A stretch of DNA of 64,000 nucleotides from Candidatus Eiseniibacteriota bacterium (GTDB lineage: Bacteria > Eisenbacteria > RBG-16-71-46): contig JBGAML010000002.1 of assembly GCA_044223005.1 (NCBI GenBank), forward strand, positions 256,001 to 320,000, in the 5' to 3' direction. Below the pieces are notes generated by a model. That model saw only the letters and a list, made by a program, of their open reading frames with translations, was not told where the DNA came from and searched no databases. This document shows positions 39,428-48,963 of this stretch, in pieces. Position numbers and translations under genes: made by a program. Position 1 is the stretch's first letter. Each line of letters starts with the position of its first letter.

Positions 39428-41593
39428 ATGGCTCCCCATCCCACTGCCGCCCGGCCGCGGTCCGTCGTGATGCAGGCACGACGACTCCCGCTCGCCGCAC
39501 TCGCGCTCATGCTCGTGCCGATCGTCGCGCACGCGTACGACGCCCCCACGCACCAGGCCATGTCGATCGTGGCCGTGCGTCGCGCCGACTGCAAGGTCGA
39601 CGACTACCTGAAGAACGAGCTGCTCGTGCCGCAGGGCATCGAGACCACCGCCGGCAGCAACTCGTTCGTCGATCGGCTGCAGGATGGCGCGCGCGACGAG
39701 GACGAGCAGTCGACGCCGCGCCCGCGCAACCACTTCTACAACCCGATCACCGGGAACGGGCTCGACGACATCTTCTCGGGCAACTCTTCGCTGCAGTGGG
39801 CGTGGGACCATCCGGACAACCAGCAGGACTGGCACGCCGCGCGCGACGCGTACTTCCGCTTCTTCACCGCCGGCACCAAGGCCGAGCGCACGCAGGCGAT
39901 GGGAGATGCGTTCTGGGACCTGGGCCACGTGATCCACCTGATCCAGGATCTCGGCCAGCCGCAACACGTCCGCAACGACGCGCACATCACGCACTTTCCC
40001 GGCGCGCCTTTCGAGGACTACTGCAGCATTCGCTACCGCACACCCGAGACCGTGGGCTCGCTCGGCACCGCGCCGATTCCGCAGCTGGTGCCCGGGCCCG
40101 GGCCGTTCGCGAACATCCCGAACAGCTTCTCGGGCTTCTGGGATTCGGGCCAGTACCGCGGCCAGGACGACTTCGCCGGCTTCACGCTGGCCCCCGGCCT
40201 CGCCGAGTACTCGAACGCGTACTTCATCACCGACGACACCATGTTCGGCACGTTCCAGCTGGGCGTGCTGCCGCGCGCGGGCATGCCGCCGCTGCAGGTG
40301 CGGCTGCGGACGCCGTTCTTCTCGACCAACCACTCGACGAGCGCCAACCATCGCTTCAACGGCCCGCGGCTCGCCGACACGGACCTCGCGAGCTTCTACC
40401 CGGCCACGACGAGCAGCGTGACCGTCTACCGCGGCGGCGAAGGCACCACGGGCGCCACGCACTACCTGACGCTCAACACGCGCGGCCCCGGCGGCGCCAT
40501 CATCCACACCACGCGCAACATCTGCCTGCTGAACGGCGACAACTACATCGGCTTCGACGACAACACCTACCAGGCGTACGCCGAGCAGCTGGTGCCGATG
40601 GCCGTCAGCTATTCCGCGGGCCTGCTCAACTACTTCTTCCGCGGCAAGCTCGACATCGAGGTGCGCTGGATCGAGGCGCAGCAGCAGTACCAGATCACGG
40701 TCACCAACCGCTCCGGTGCCGATCTCGGCGCGGGCCAGTGGTCGCTCTACCAGGACGACGGCAGCGACAACCGCAGCTCGGTCGGCGCCTCGTTCAACTA
40801 TCCCGGCACGCTCGCCGACGGCGGCAGCTTCACCGGCACGTTCGCCGCGGCCGAACGAAGCGGCGGCTACACGCTGGTCTTCCACGGCACGCTGGGCGAC
40901 GAGAAGGACTGGGCCGTGGTCGGCAAGCGCTTCGAACTCGTGCGCGTGCTGATCACGTGGGATCCGAAGTCGGACCAGGACCTCTACATGTGGGGCCCCG
41001 ACGGCTCGCTGATCGGCTACTACAGCAAGGTGAGCTCGTACGGCGAACTCGACAACGACAACATCGGCGGCACCGGGCCCGAGAACATCACGCTCAAGGA
41101 CATGCGTGAGGGCAACTACCAGTTCATGATCGATTACTACCGGGACTGGTGGAAGGAGTACTACTACGACCAGCCCTCGAACACGTGCATCCCGTACGAC
41201 ACGCCGATCAACTACCCGGAGGACTACGGGTACGATCCGTGTTTCGAGCCCACGCCGATCACGGTGACGGTGAAGACGTATCACAACGCCGCCTCGCCGG
41301 TGCGCACGCAGACCTTCACCGCGGTGTGGCCCGACTACGGCTACTACCTGCCCGGCTCCGGCCTGGGTGAGGGGCAGTTGGACGACGCGTGGGCCGTGGT
41401 GCAGACGGTCACGGTCGACGCCGATCGCAACGTGACGATCACCGGCACCACGCCGCAGACCGCGCCGCCGCCGGCGACGCGTCCGTACGTGCGCGCCGTG
41501 GCCGCGTCACCGCCACCGTCCAAGGCCGGTGTGCCCACGACGGTGAACCTGACCAGCAAAGCCATGGCCGCGAAGCCGACGGGGGTGAAGTGA
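39428..41593 (+). CDS. Secreted Zn-dependent phospholipase C / P1-nuclease-like protein with C-terminal YfaP-like domain
   Basis: GGAGG RBS; signal ending AHA; YDAPTH, GARDED, NHFYNP, LGHVIHLIQD..QPQH; C-terminal ITWD..SDQDLY..GPDG...LDND..GGTGPENI. Confidence 0.65.
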   Translation: MAPHPTAARPRSVVMQARRLPLAALALMLVPIVAHAYDAPTHQAMSIVAVRRADCKVDDYLKNELLVPQGIETTAGSNSFVDRLQDGARDEDEQSTPRPRNHFYNPITGNGLDDIFSGNSSLQWAWDHPDNQQDWHAARDAYFRFFTAGTKAERTQAMGDAFWDLGHVIHLIQDLGQPQHVRNDAHITHFPGAPFEDYCSIRYRTPETVGSLGTAPIPQLVPGPGPFANIPNSFSGFWDSGQYRGQDDFAGFTLAPGLAEYSNAYFITDDTMFGTFQLGVLPRAGMPPLQVRLRTPFFSTNHSTSANHRFNGPRLADTDLASFYPATTSSVTVYRGGEGTTGATHYLTLNTRGPGGAIIHTTRNICLLNGDNYIGFDDNTYQAYAEQLVPMAVSYSAGLLNYFFRGKLDIEVRWIEAQQQYQITVTNRSGADLGAGQWSLYQDDGSDNRSSVGASFNYPGTLADGGSFTGTFAAAERSGGYTLVFHGTLGDEKDWAVVGKRFELVRVLITWDPKSDQDLYMWGPDGSLIGYYSKVSSYGELDNDNIGGTGPENITLKDMREGNYQFMIDYYRDWWKEYYYDQPSNTCIPYDTPINYPEDYGYDPCFEPTPITVTVKTYHNAASPVRTQTFTAVWPDYGYYLPGSGLGEGQLDDAWAVVQTVTVDADRNVTITGTTPQTAPPPATRPYVRAVAASPPPSKAGVPTTVNLTSKAMAAKPTGVK

Positions 41594-43371
41594 TGAACGC
41601 CCTGAATCGCTTCTTCCGCGCCGCCACCGATGTGCGCCGCAGCTCGTGGCTGCTCGCCTCGGTGGTCGTGGTGCTCACGGTGACGCTCGCCGTCGTCGCG
41701 AACGCCGCCAACTTCGCCATGACGCTCGCCACCCCGAACCAGACCGCACCTCCCGGCGGCAACGCCCTCTACACGGGCAGCATCGTCAACACCTCCGGGC
41801 ACGCGATCACGCTCGACATCCAGGTCGAGTTCCTGACCAGTCCCGAATCCGAACTCTGGACGCTCGATCTCGCGCCCGAGTTCCTCGCGCTGCAGTTGGA
41901 GCTTCCCCCGGGCGGCTACAGTGGGCCGCTCTTCACCGCCGGTTGGGACCCCTCGCTCACCGGCGGGCTCTACGGCGTCGGCCGGCTCGTGCTGACCGAT
42001 GCGAACGGAGTGGACGGCGTCGCCGCGGCGTCGTTCACGCTGAGCACGCCGGGCGCGGGGCCGTTCTGCACGAGCCAGGTGAACTTCCGCGGGCTCGAGA
42101 ACTCGGTCGGGATCCTCGACTCGCTGGACCACCCGATCGTCGCCAGCGCGAATCCCGTGAACGGCAGCGTGTCGGTGGGCACCACCGACGGCCACTTCTG
42201 GAAGACCGCGCTGATCGCGAAGAACGTGGGCTCGCACGCTTCGCCGTCACTGGTGGTGGACGCGTTCCAGGCGCCGCACGTCGCCTACTACGACGAAGTG
42301 GCGGGCAGGCTCGTGCACGCGACCAACCCCGGCACCGGCTGGGTGAACGAGACGATCGACAACGCCTCGGGCGCGGGACGCTCGCCGTCGCTGGCGATCG
42401 ACCAGCTGGGCCAGCTGCACGTGAGCTACTACGACTCGGCGAAGCGGCAGCTGCGCTACGCCGCGCGCAGCAACGGCTCGTGGACGCCCGAGGTGGTGGA
42501 CACGCTGCCCGGCGCTGGCGTGCGTTCGGCGCTGGCCACGGACGAGATCGGGCAGCCGTACATCGCCTACTACTCCGCCGACGAAGGCAAGCTGCGCCTG
42601 GCGCACCGTGCCGGCAACGGCTGGACGACCGAGGTGGTGGACGGCACCGGGCACACCGGCCTGGCGCCGTCGCTGCGCTACCACACCGGCACGTTCTGGG
42701 TGTCGTACGGCGACTCGACGCCCGGCCACCACGCGCTGCGAATGGCGAGTGGTGTACCCGGCGCGTGGAGCGCGGCCACGGTGGATTCGGGCGGGGATTG
42801 CGGATCGGCGTCGGTGATGACGCTGGACGGCTTCGACAATCCGCGCATCGGCTACTGGGATGCCGCGACGCAGACGCTGCGCTACGCGAGCAAGACCGGC
42901 CCCGTGTGGATCCTGGAGGACGTGGCCGCCAACTCGGCCGGTGCGATCTCGCTGGCGCGCGGCACGCACGACGAGCCCGTGTTCAGCTTCGCCGGCAGCA
43001 CCGACGGCCTGATCCACCTGAGCACGGTGGGCCAGTGCCCCGTCACGATTCCGCTGTTCGGCGAGCCCACCGGCACCGACGCCACGCTGCCCACGGAGTT
43101 CGCGGTGATGGCCGCGCGCCCCAACCCGTTCCGGAGCACGAGCGTGATCACGTTCGCGAGCCCCGTGCGGGCCGAAGGCTGGGTGCGCGTCTACGACGCC
43201 GCCGGCCGCGTGGTGGCCGAACCCCTGCACCGCTTCATCGAGGCCGGCATGACGCAGGTCACGTGGGACGGCGCGGACCGGTCGGGTCGCAAGCTGCCCG
43301 CGGGCACGTACCTCGTACAGGTGCGAGTCGGCGCGAACGTGAAGTCGGCACGGGTGACGCTGATTCGGTGA
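41593..43371 (+). CDS. Secreted beta-propeller-like protein with FlgD-like C-terminal sorting domain
   Basis: TGATG coupling; repeats SL.(I/V)D..G..H(V/I)SYYD.....L.YA....W..E.VD; RPNPF...WDGAD...GTYLVQV. Confidence 0.75.
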   Translation: MNALNRFFRAATDVRRSSWLLASVVVVLTVTLAVVANAANFAMTLATPNQTAPPGGNALYTGSIVNTSGHAITLDIQVEFLTSPESELWTLDLAPEFLALQLELPPGGYSGPLFTAGWDPSLTGGLYGVGRLVLTDANGVDGVAAASFTLSTPGAGPFCTSQVNFRGLENSVGILDSLDHPIVASANPVNGSVSVGTTDGHFWKTALIAKNVGSHASPSLVVDAFQAPHVAYYDEVAGRLVHATNPGTGWVNETIDNASGAGRSPSLAIDQLGQLHVSYYDSAKRQLRYAARSNGSWTPEVVDTLPGAGVRSALATDEIGQPYIAYYSADEGKLRLAHRAGNGWTTEVVDGTGHTGLAPSLRYHTGTFWVSYGDSTPGHHALRMASGVPGAWSAATVDSGGDCGSASVMTLDGFDNPRIGYWDAATQTLRYASKTGPVWILEDVAANSAGAISLARGTHDEPVFSFAGSTDGLIHLSTVGQCPVTIPLFGEPTGTDATLPTEFAVMAARPNPFRSTSVITFASPVRAEGWVRVYDAAGRVVAEPLHRFIEAGMTQVTWDGADRSGRKLPAGTYLVQVRVGANVKSARVTLIR

Positions 43372-43939
43372 CGCTCTCGCTGTAGGAGAGGAGAGGCAGA
43401 GACGCCCGCGCGGCGGTCCGGAAGTCCGGGCCGCCGCGCGGGGGCGTTTGGGCCCAAACCCAAGCCGGTAGGATAGTGCGTCGCACCGTCACCCACCCGC
43501 TGTTGGGCGTCCTTATCATCTTCGGGTAGAGTCCCCGCGGCACTGCCAACTACTCCAACGGCCGCCCGATCTCGCGATGCTCCCAAGACTCAGGGCGATC
43601 ATTCATACGACCCCGAGGATTTCGGTCGCATGTCGCCCCCAGTCACGGATGGCCGCAAGCCCAAAGGGCCTATTCGCCCCAAGCCAGCCGCAGCGATGGT
43701 CGCCCCCGGCGGCGTCGAGCGAAAATGTCGCCGCGTTGGCTTCATGATTTGGTCGTCTGACGCGGTCTCCAATCGACCGCCTCGTGGCCATGAGAGGCAC
43801 CTTCTGGAGGCGGGGCAGATCTTGCCAGTGTGCAGGGGCGACGGGGCATCGCAAACGCAAGGTAGCGCTACATTGCCATGCGGCGGTGGGCAAACGGGCT
43901 CCGCTCGACTTCCCGGCGGCCCTACGCGGAGGCGTCGCC

Positions 43940-46054
43940 ATGCCCCCGTCCTCTGATGTGCTGCTCGACCTCATTGTCGATGCGATAAGGCGAGTGAGGT
44001 CAATACGCCAAGATTCGCCCATTGTCTGGCTCGTGATCCCCGTGCTTGCCTGGCTGTTTGATGCACAGGGCCTCTTTTCAAATCTTCTGAGTGTAATGGA
44101 AAACAAGAGGCAAGCCCGAGCTGCGCGAACACTTCTAGCTCACATATACACTGCCGACGATATCGATCGCTATACACGACATTATGTCAAACAGCACTAT
44201 CTGCAGCACGCACCAACGCACTATGACGAGCCACGCGATGCGCGCCAAGGCGTCAAGGGGGAGCTGTTCGAATACGTGGATCGCTTTGTGACATCGAAGC
44301 AACCAGACGCCAAATTTCTGATGATCTTGGCAGACAGTGGCACCGGCAAGTCGTCATTCTGCATAAACTATGTCGTCAAGCGCTCGAGACGTCCTCGCCC
44401 TGGATGCAAGTGGATATTGGATTCGCTCGGCGACCCCAAATGTCTCGATCGGGTTCAGGGTGTCGCCGAGCCGGAGAACGCCATTCTGGTCCTTGATGGT
44501 CTGGACGAGGATCCCGCGGCACTCGGCCGATTCCTGGAGCGGTGGGCGGAGATCGAACGGGCCACCATTCGCTTCCGCCGTGTCGTGGTCACCTGCCGAC
44601 TACAATTCATTACGACGGGTTCCCAGTTGCCTCATAGGTCGATTGTGGTTCGTCGTGCTGGCCCTCAGGCACTGGACGATGACCGTAGGTTCTCAGTCGA
44701 CCACGTGTATATCTCGCCGCTCAGAGACAGGCAAATCAAGCAGTTCATAGACATGAGCGTACCGTTCTGGCGAAGGAGGGAGCGCAGCGGCGCGATGCGC
44801 CTGGTGAAGGCTATCCCACTGCTTAGCGTGCGCCCTATGTTGCTTGGCTATCTGCCGCACCTCGCCAAACAAGATCCTGACAGAAAATGGAGTACAACGG
44901 AGTTGTATAGAGAGTGTATTGAGCAGTGGCTTGCGCGAGAAGTCGATGCAGATGATGCGGAATCCGCCGAGAGAAAGCGGCGCCAGTTGTTGGAGCTATC
45001 CATGCAGATTGCAGTGAGTATGTGCGTGCCATCGCACGGCTTGTCCTACCGGGCGGTTGACATAGCGACGACGCCGGCAGATGGCGGTACTCCGATTCCA
45101 ACTGATGCAGACGCTGCGGGCGGCCAAAGGGCTGCTCACGCGCTGGAGATGCCGCTCAGAGATGTTGGTCGTAGTCTGTTGGTGCCCGCGAGCGGTGGTG
45201 GATTCAAGTTCGCGCATCGCTCGTTTGCCGAGTATTTTGTTGTAGAGGCCGCGCTTTCCGGCGAGCGGAGGGCGTGGGGGCAAATGAGCGACATGATGAG
45301 ACTGTTCTTGAGTGAGCGTCTCGAAGCCTATTGGCCTGAGTTGTCGCGTGGCGTGAGGCTTCAAGGAACTGCGTGGACCCTGGGAGGCGTGGCCGACAAT
45401 GCAAAGCTGGACATAGTCGTGCCTGAAGATGCGCGCTACGTACTGCTAAGTAGGCTGCTGGAGTGTGCAGATGCGCTCGGAAGGGCTCATGAGCAATATT
45501 ATTCCAGCATAAGATTTGCGTGGGGTGACGAGAAGGTGCGCGGGACAGCAGACAATGCGGTGCAGGGCGGGGCGGTGAGTATCAGCGGGCGGGCAATCGG
45601 AAGCGACTGGTATAGATTCGAGGAAGAGGCGAGCCCTCGCAATGGAAATGAGCCGACATTCTGGGTGGATGTGCTGCCACCGCGATGTGAATATGGCTCT
45701 GGTACGTTCCAAGTTGGTTGGAACTCTGCGGGTCGTGTGCGACGTGCAATGTTGTATGAGTCCGAGGTGGAGTTGCTTGTATCGGGGAGTCAGAAGACGG
45801 CAAAGCGTGAGGTGGTTAGGTGGCGGCGAGTAGGGGTCGCTGAACTCTTGTGCAGTAATGCTCTGGTGTTTGGCGCGTTGCGCGAGAGAACTGCGGCGGG
45901 GATGGCGAGCTTCGAGGCCGGAACATTGCGATTCAAGGTGCGAGGCACGGGGCAGGCGGTCGTCATGAAGGGCGCAACATGCGAAGGTATGGTGTGGGAT
46001 CCCAGTTCGGGGTCGTATGAGATTCAGCTGTCGGACCCTTCCCACGCCGAGTGA
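43940..46054 (+). CDS. NACHT/STAND NTPase with N-terminal hydrophobic helix and unassigned C-terminal domain; atypical low GC
   Basis: GGAGG RBS; Walker A ADSGTGKS, Walker B ILVLDGLDE, VVTCR, RPMLL, winged-helix FKFAHRSFAEYF. Confidence 0.8.
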   Translation: MPPSSDVLLDLIVDAIRRVRSIRQDSPIVWLVIPVLAWLFDAQGLFSNLLSVMENKRQARAARTLLAHIYTADDIDRYTRHYVKQHYLQHAPTHYDEPRDARQGVKGELFEYVDRFVTSKQPDAKFLMILADSGTGKSSFCINYVVKRSRRPRPGCKWILDSLGDPKCLDRVQGVAEPENAILVLDGLDEDPAALGRFLERWAEIERATIRFRRVVVTCRLQFITTGSQLPHRSIVVRRAGPQALDDDRRFSVDHVYISPLRDRQIKQFIDMSVPFWRRRERSGAMRLVKAIPLLSVRPMLLGYLPHLAKQDPDRKWSTTELYRECIEQWLAREVDADDAESAERKRRQLLELSMQIAVSMCVPSHGLSYRAVDIATTPADGGTPIPTDADAAGGQRAAHALEMPLRDVGRSLLVPASGGGFKFAHRSFAEYFVVEAALSGERRAWGQMSDMMRLFLSERLEAYWPELSRGVRLQGTAWTLGGVADNAKLDIVVPEDARYVLLSRLLECADALGRAHEQYYSSIRFAWGDEKVRGTADNAVQGGAVSISGRAIGSDWYRFEEEASPRNGNEPTFWVDVLPPRCEYGSGTFQVGWNSAGRVRRAMLYESEVELLVSGSQKTAKREVVRWRRVGVAELLCSNALVFGALRERTAAGMASFEAGTLRFKVRGTGQAVVMKGATCEGMVWDPSSGSYEIQLSDPSHAE

Positions 46055-46063
46055 GGACGCGAG

Positions 46064-46360
46064 TGAGCGTGACCCGATCTCGTGGACACCTTTCGAAAGG
46101 GGTCTACGATGTCCAGCATGTCCAAGAACGGTGGTCGCCGCCAGCGGCGAGTGTTCAGTGTGGAGTTCATGGCGGGCGTGGCGGCAGCTGTCGATACGTT
46201 GCTGGGCGTAACAGTGCGCGACCTTCGCGCGAGCGTTCTGCACGAGAACGACACTGCCGAATGTGAGCTCGCTGCAGTTCGGCGGCTTGATGACAGCTAC
46301 TCGAGTCTTCGACGAGAAATCGACCGCGCGACAGGAATCGGCCAACTGATGCCGAAGTAA
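46064..46360 (+). mobile_element. Probable IS3-family left-end remnant (IR-like end plus start of OrfA fused to unrelated sequence)
   Basis: TG-starting TGAGCGTGACCCGATCTCGTGGACACC resembles IS3-family termini; ORF from 46118, MSKNGGRRQRRVFSVEF, resembles the OrfA HTH start. No OrfB or right end seen. Confidence 0.45.
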
Positions 46361-46401
46361 GCGCGGACTCGGCTTCAGGTATCTTCGAACCCGCCTTCGC
46401 T

Positions 46402-48198
46402 CTAATTCCTCAGCGTCACCTGCCGCACCCAGACGCCCCGCACGCCCTGCTCCTGGCCGGCCAGTGCTCGGAACTTGCCGAACACCTCCGTGCCGCGTGA
46501 TGCGCTGCCAGCCGACACCGGCAGGTCCGCGACGCCGCCGACGCCTCGCAGCTTGTCCAGCGGGGCGGCGCCGACGCGGGCGTAGCTGATCGGGCGGTCG
46601 GGCGAGACCGCGGGCAGCGTTGCGAGCTCGGCTTCGAGTTCGGGGACGGGTTGTGGGCTCGCCACCACGAGGAAATGCTCGTGGCCGCCGCGGCTGGTCA
46701 CGACCCAGCCGCTTTCCTTGCCGGCGCGCGTGCCGGGCATTCGCACCGTGGCGCCGGCGGCGATCGGGTTCTTCTGGTCGAACAGTGGTTGCGGGAACAG
46801 CAGGTACGATTCGCCCTTGTCGTCGGCGTTGAGCACGTAGACGTACGCGGGCTGGCTCGCGCGGAACTCCAGCAGCAGCCGATCTCCGGGCTTCACGGCG
46901 TCGCCGTCCACCAGCGCGGTGGTCGAGCCGGCGTCGCCTCGCATCAGCGTCGCGCTCACGTCGTATGCGACCGGCGCCACTGCCGCAAGCGAAGGTGCGG
47001 GCGTCGGCACCTCCGTCGTCCGCGGCCGCAGGCGCGGCCACGCGAGCAGCGCGGCGACGGCGACCACCGCCCCGATCGCCAGCGGCAGCGCGAGCTGGCC
47101 GCGTCGCGACGCGGTTACCGCGCGCGCGCCGCCCATCGTCCCGGCCGCGCTGCCCGCGACGGTCGCGTCACGCGCTGCCGCGCCCGCGTCGCGCGCGCCG
47201 ACCGCCCCGGCGCCCGCATCCGCCACGCACGCCTCCAGCGCCGCGCGCGCGTCGGTCGCGCTCGCGAACCGCGCCGCCGGAGCTGCCGCCATCAGCCGCT
47301 CGATCGCGGCGACCAGCGCTGGCGGCGCACCCGGGGCGTCGGCGGCCAGCGCCACCGCGGGCCCCGCGGCGGCCTCCGCACGTAACGCCTCCAAAGAAGA
47401 AGCCGCGAACGGCGCGCGCCCGGTCAGCGCGCGCCGCAGCGTGACGCCGAGCGCGTACAAGTCATCCGAAGCGCACGCGACAGCGCCAAGAAGCCGCGCG
47501 GGCGACATGTACGCGGGAGTGCCCGAAAACGGCCGCGCAAGCCCGGCAGCAGAACCCGCATGCTCCCCGAGCCCGAAGTCGACGAGCACGAAGTGGCCGT
47601 CGTCGGTGGCGATCACGTTCGCGGGCTTCACGTCGCGGTGCAGCGCTCCGGCGCCGTGCACGGCGGCCAGCGCGCGCGCCATCTCGGCGCCCAACTGCGC
47701 CACGCGCGCGGGCGCGAGTGCTCCCATGCCGAGCAGCACTTCGAGCGAGGGGCCGCGCAGGTACTCCATCCAGAACCCGGCGCGGCCGTCGTGTTCGGCG
47801 GCGCCGTGCACGGTGACCACGTGCGGATCGCGCACCCGCGCCAGCGCGCGTGCTTCGTCGAGCATGGTGCCGACGGGCGCTCCGGTGCGTGCGAGCTTCA
47901 AGGCGACCTCGCGCCGCAGCGAGGGGTCCCAGGCGCGATACACGCTGCCGTCGGCGCCTTCGCCGGCCTTCTCCAGCAGCAGCAGCTCGCCCCAGCGGCC
48001 GCCCTCGAACAGGCCGCCGTCGTCGGCGCCGTGCTGCAGCGAGCGGTGAAAGTCGGCGACGCGCGAGAGGTCGTGCAGCGTCCGCACGTGCTCGCGCTGC
48101 TTCGCGTCGGCGGCGCCTTCGGCGCGCGCCCAGTCGGTGGGCTCACCGTTGGCGATCGACTCGAGCAGTTCCTGCAGTGCGCGTTCGTCAGGCGTCAT
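46402..48198 (-). CDS. Membrane Ser/Thr kinase with C-terminal DUF4384-like ectodomain
   Basis: GEGADG, VALK, HRDVKPAN, DFG, GTPAYMSP, DLYALG; TM LALPLAIGAVVAVAALLAW; VKPGDRL.LEF.ASQPAYVYVLN.D..G...LLFP...G.EHFLVVAS. Confidence 0.88.
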   Translation of the reverse strand: MTPDERALQELLESIANGEPTDWARAEGAADAKQREHVRTLHDLSRVADFHRSLQHGADDGGLFEGGRWGELLLLEKAGEGADGSVYRAWDPSLRREVALKLARTGAPVGTMLDEARALARVRDPHVVTVHGAAEHDGRAGFWMEYLRGPSLEVLLGMGALAPARVAQLGAEMARALAAVHGAGALHRDVKPANVIATDDGHFVLVDFGLGEHAGSAAGLARPFSGTPAYMSPARLLGAVACASDDLYALGVTLRRALTGRAPFAASSLEALRAEAAAGPAVALAADAPGAPPALVAAIERLMAAAPAARFASATDARAALEACVADAGAGAVGARDAGAAARDATVAGSAAGTMGGARAVTASRRGQLALPLAIGAVVAVAALLAWPRLRPRTTEVPTPAPSLAAVAPVAYDVSATLMRGDAGSTTALVDGDAVKPGDRLLLEFRASQPAYVYVLNADDKGESYLLFPQPLFDQKNPIAAGATVRMPGTRAGKESGWVVTSRGGHEHFLVVASPQPVPELEAELATLPAVSPDRPISYARVGAAPLDKLRGVGGVADLPVSAGSASRGTEVFGKFRALAGQEQGVRGVWVRQVTLRN

Positions 48199-48790
48199 GT
48201 CGCATCGCCTCCGCCAGTCGTCCGAGCGCGCGCGTCACGGCCATGCGCACGGCATCCCTGCTGTCGCGTCCGGTCATCACGCGGATCTCCTCGTAGTTCC
48301 AGTCGAGCTCCACCTTGAGGTGGAGCAGGTGCTGGTCCTCGGGCGAGAGCGTCGTGAACGCGCGTTCGTATCGCTGCGCGAGGTCGGCGCCGATCGCCAG
48401 TTCCAGCGGCGAGGGCCCGGCATCGGGGAGCGAGTCGGGCACTTCACCGGGTCCGGGACGCCGGTCGGCGTATCGGATCCCATCCCGAATACGATTGAGC
48501 ACGGCGGAACGAACGTAGGCCTCGAACCCGCCGGGGCCGCGCAGTTCGACCCGGTCCAGGTTCTCGAACGTCCGCAGCAACGTCTCCTGCACCAGGTCGA
48601 CGGTGTCGAACAGGCTCCGCGCGCGCGCCGGGATCCGGCCGCTGGCCCAGCGGCGCAGGCGCGGCAAGTAACGCGCGGCCAGCGACTCCAGCGCATTGCG
48701 GTCGCCGTCCTTGGCGCGGCGCAGCAAGCTGGTCGTCGACTCGAGCGCGTCGCCCGGCGAGGGCGGCAATGGAGCGGATGGAGGGCTCAT
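48188..48790 (-). CDS. ECF RNA polymerase sigma factor
   Basis: LLRRAKDGD..ALE.L..RY, DTVDLVQETLL, NRIRD, YEEI...AVRMAVTRAL; 11-nt overlap with the kinase gene. Confidence 0.9.
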   Translation of the reverse strand: MSPPSAPLPPSPGDALESTTSLLRRAKDGDRNALESLAARYLPRLRRWASGRIPARARSLFDTVDLVQETLLRTFENLDRVELRGPGGFEAYVRSAVLNRIRDGIRYADRRPGPGEVPDSLPDAGPSPLELAIGADLAQRYERAFTTLSPEDQHLLHLKVELDWNYEEIRVMTGRDSRDAVRMAVTRALGRLAEAMRHDA

Positions 48791-48963
48791 GGCGTCTCGG
48801 GGTCCCGGGGTGCTTCCGGCTGGCCGTTCATTGTAGAGGGCGCCACGCCTTGCTGCGAAGAACTGATCGCGAGCCGGGCCTTGCCAGTGCTAGCTTGCCC
48901 GGATTCGCCGCCCGGGCCGGCGTTTCCCGGCAGGCCCGATCATTCCCCGGAGGACCGCCCGTG

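Noticed and set aside
43372..43939. Possible tRNA or att site at the left edge of the low-GC island
   Set aside because: No cloverleaf and no direct repeat matching the right edge could be found by eye.
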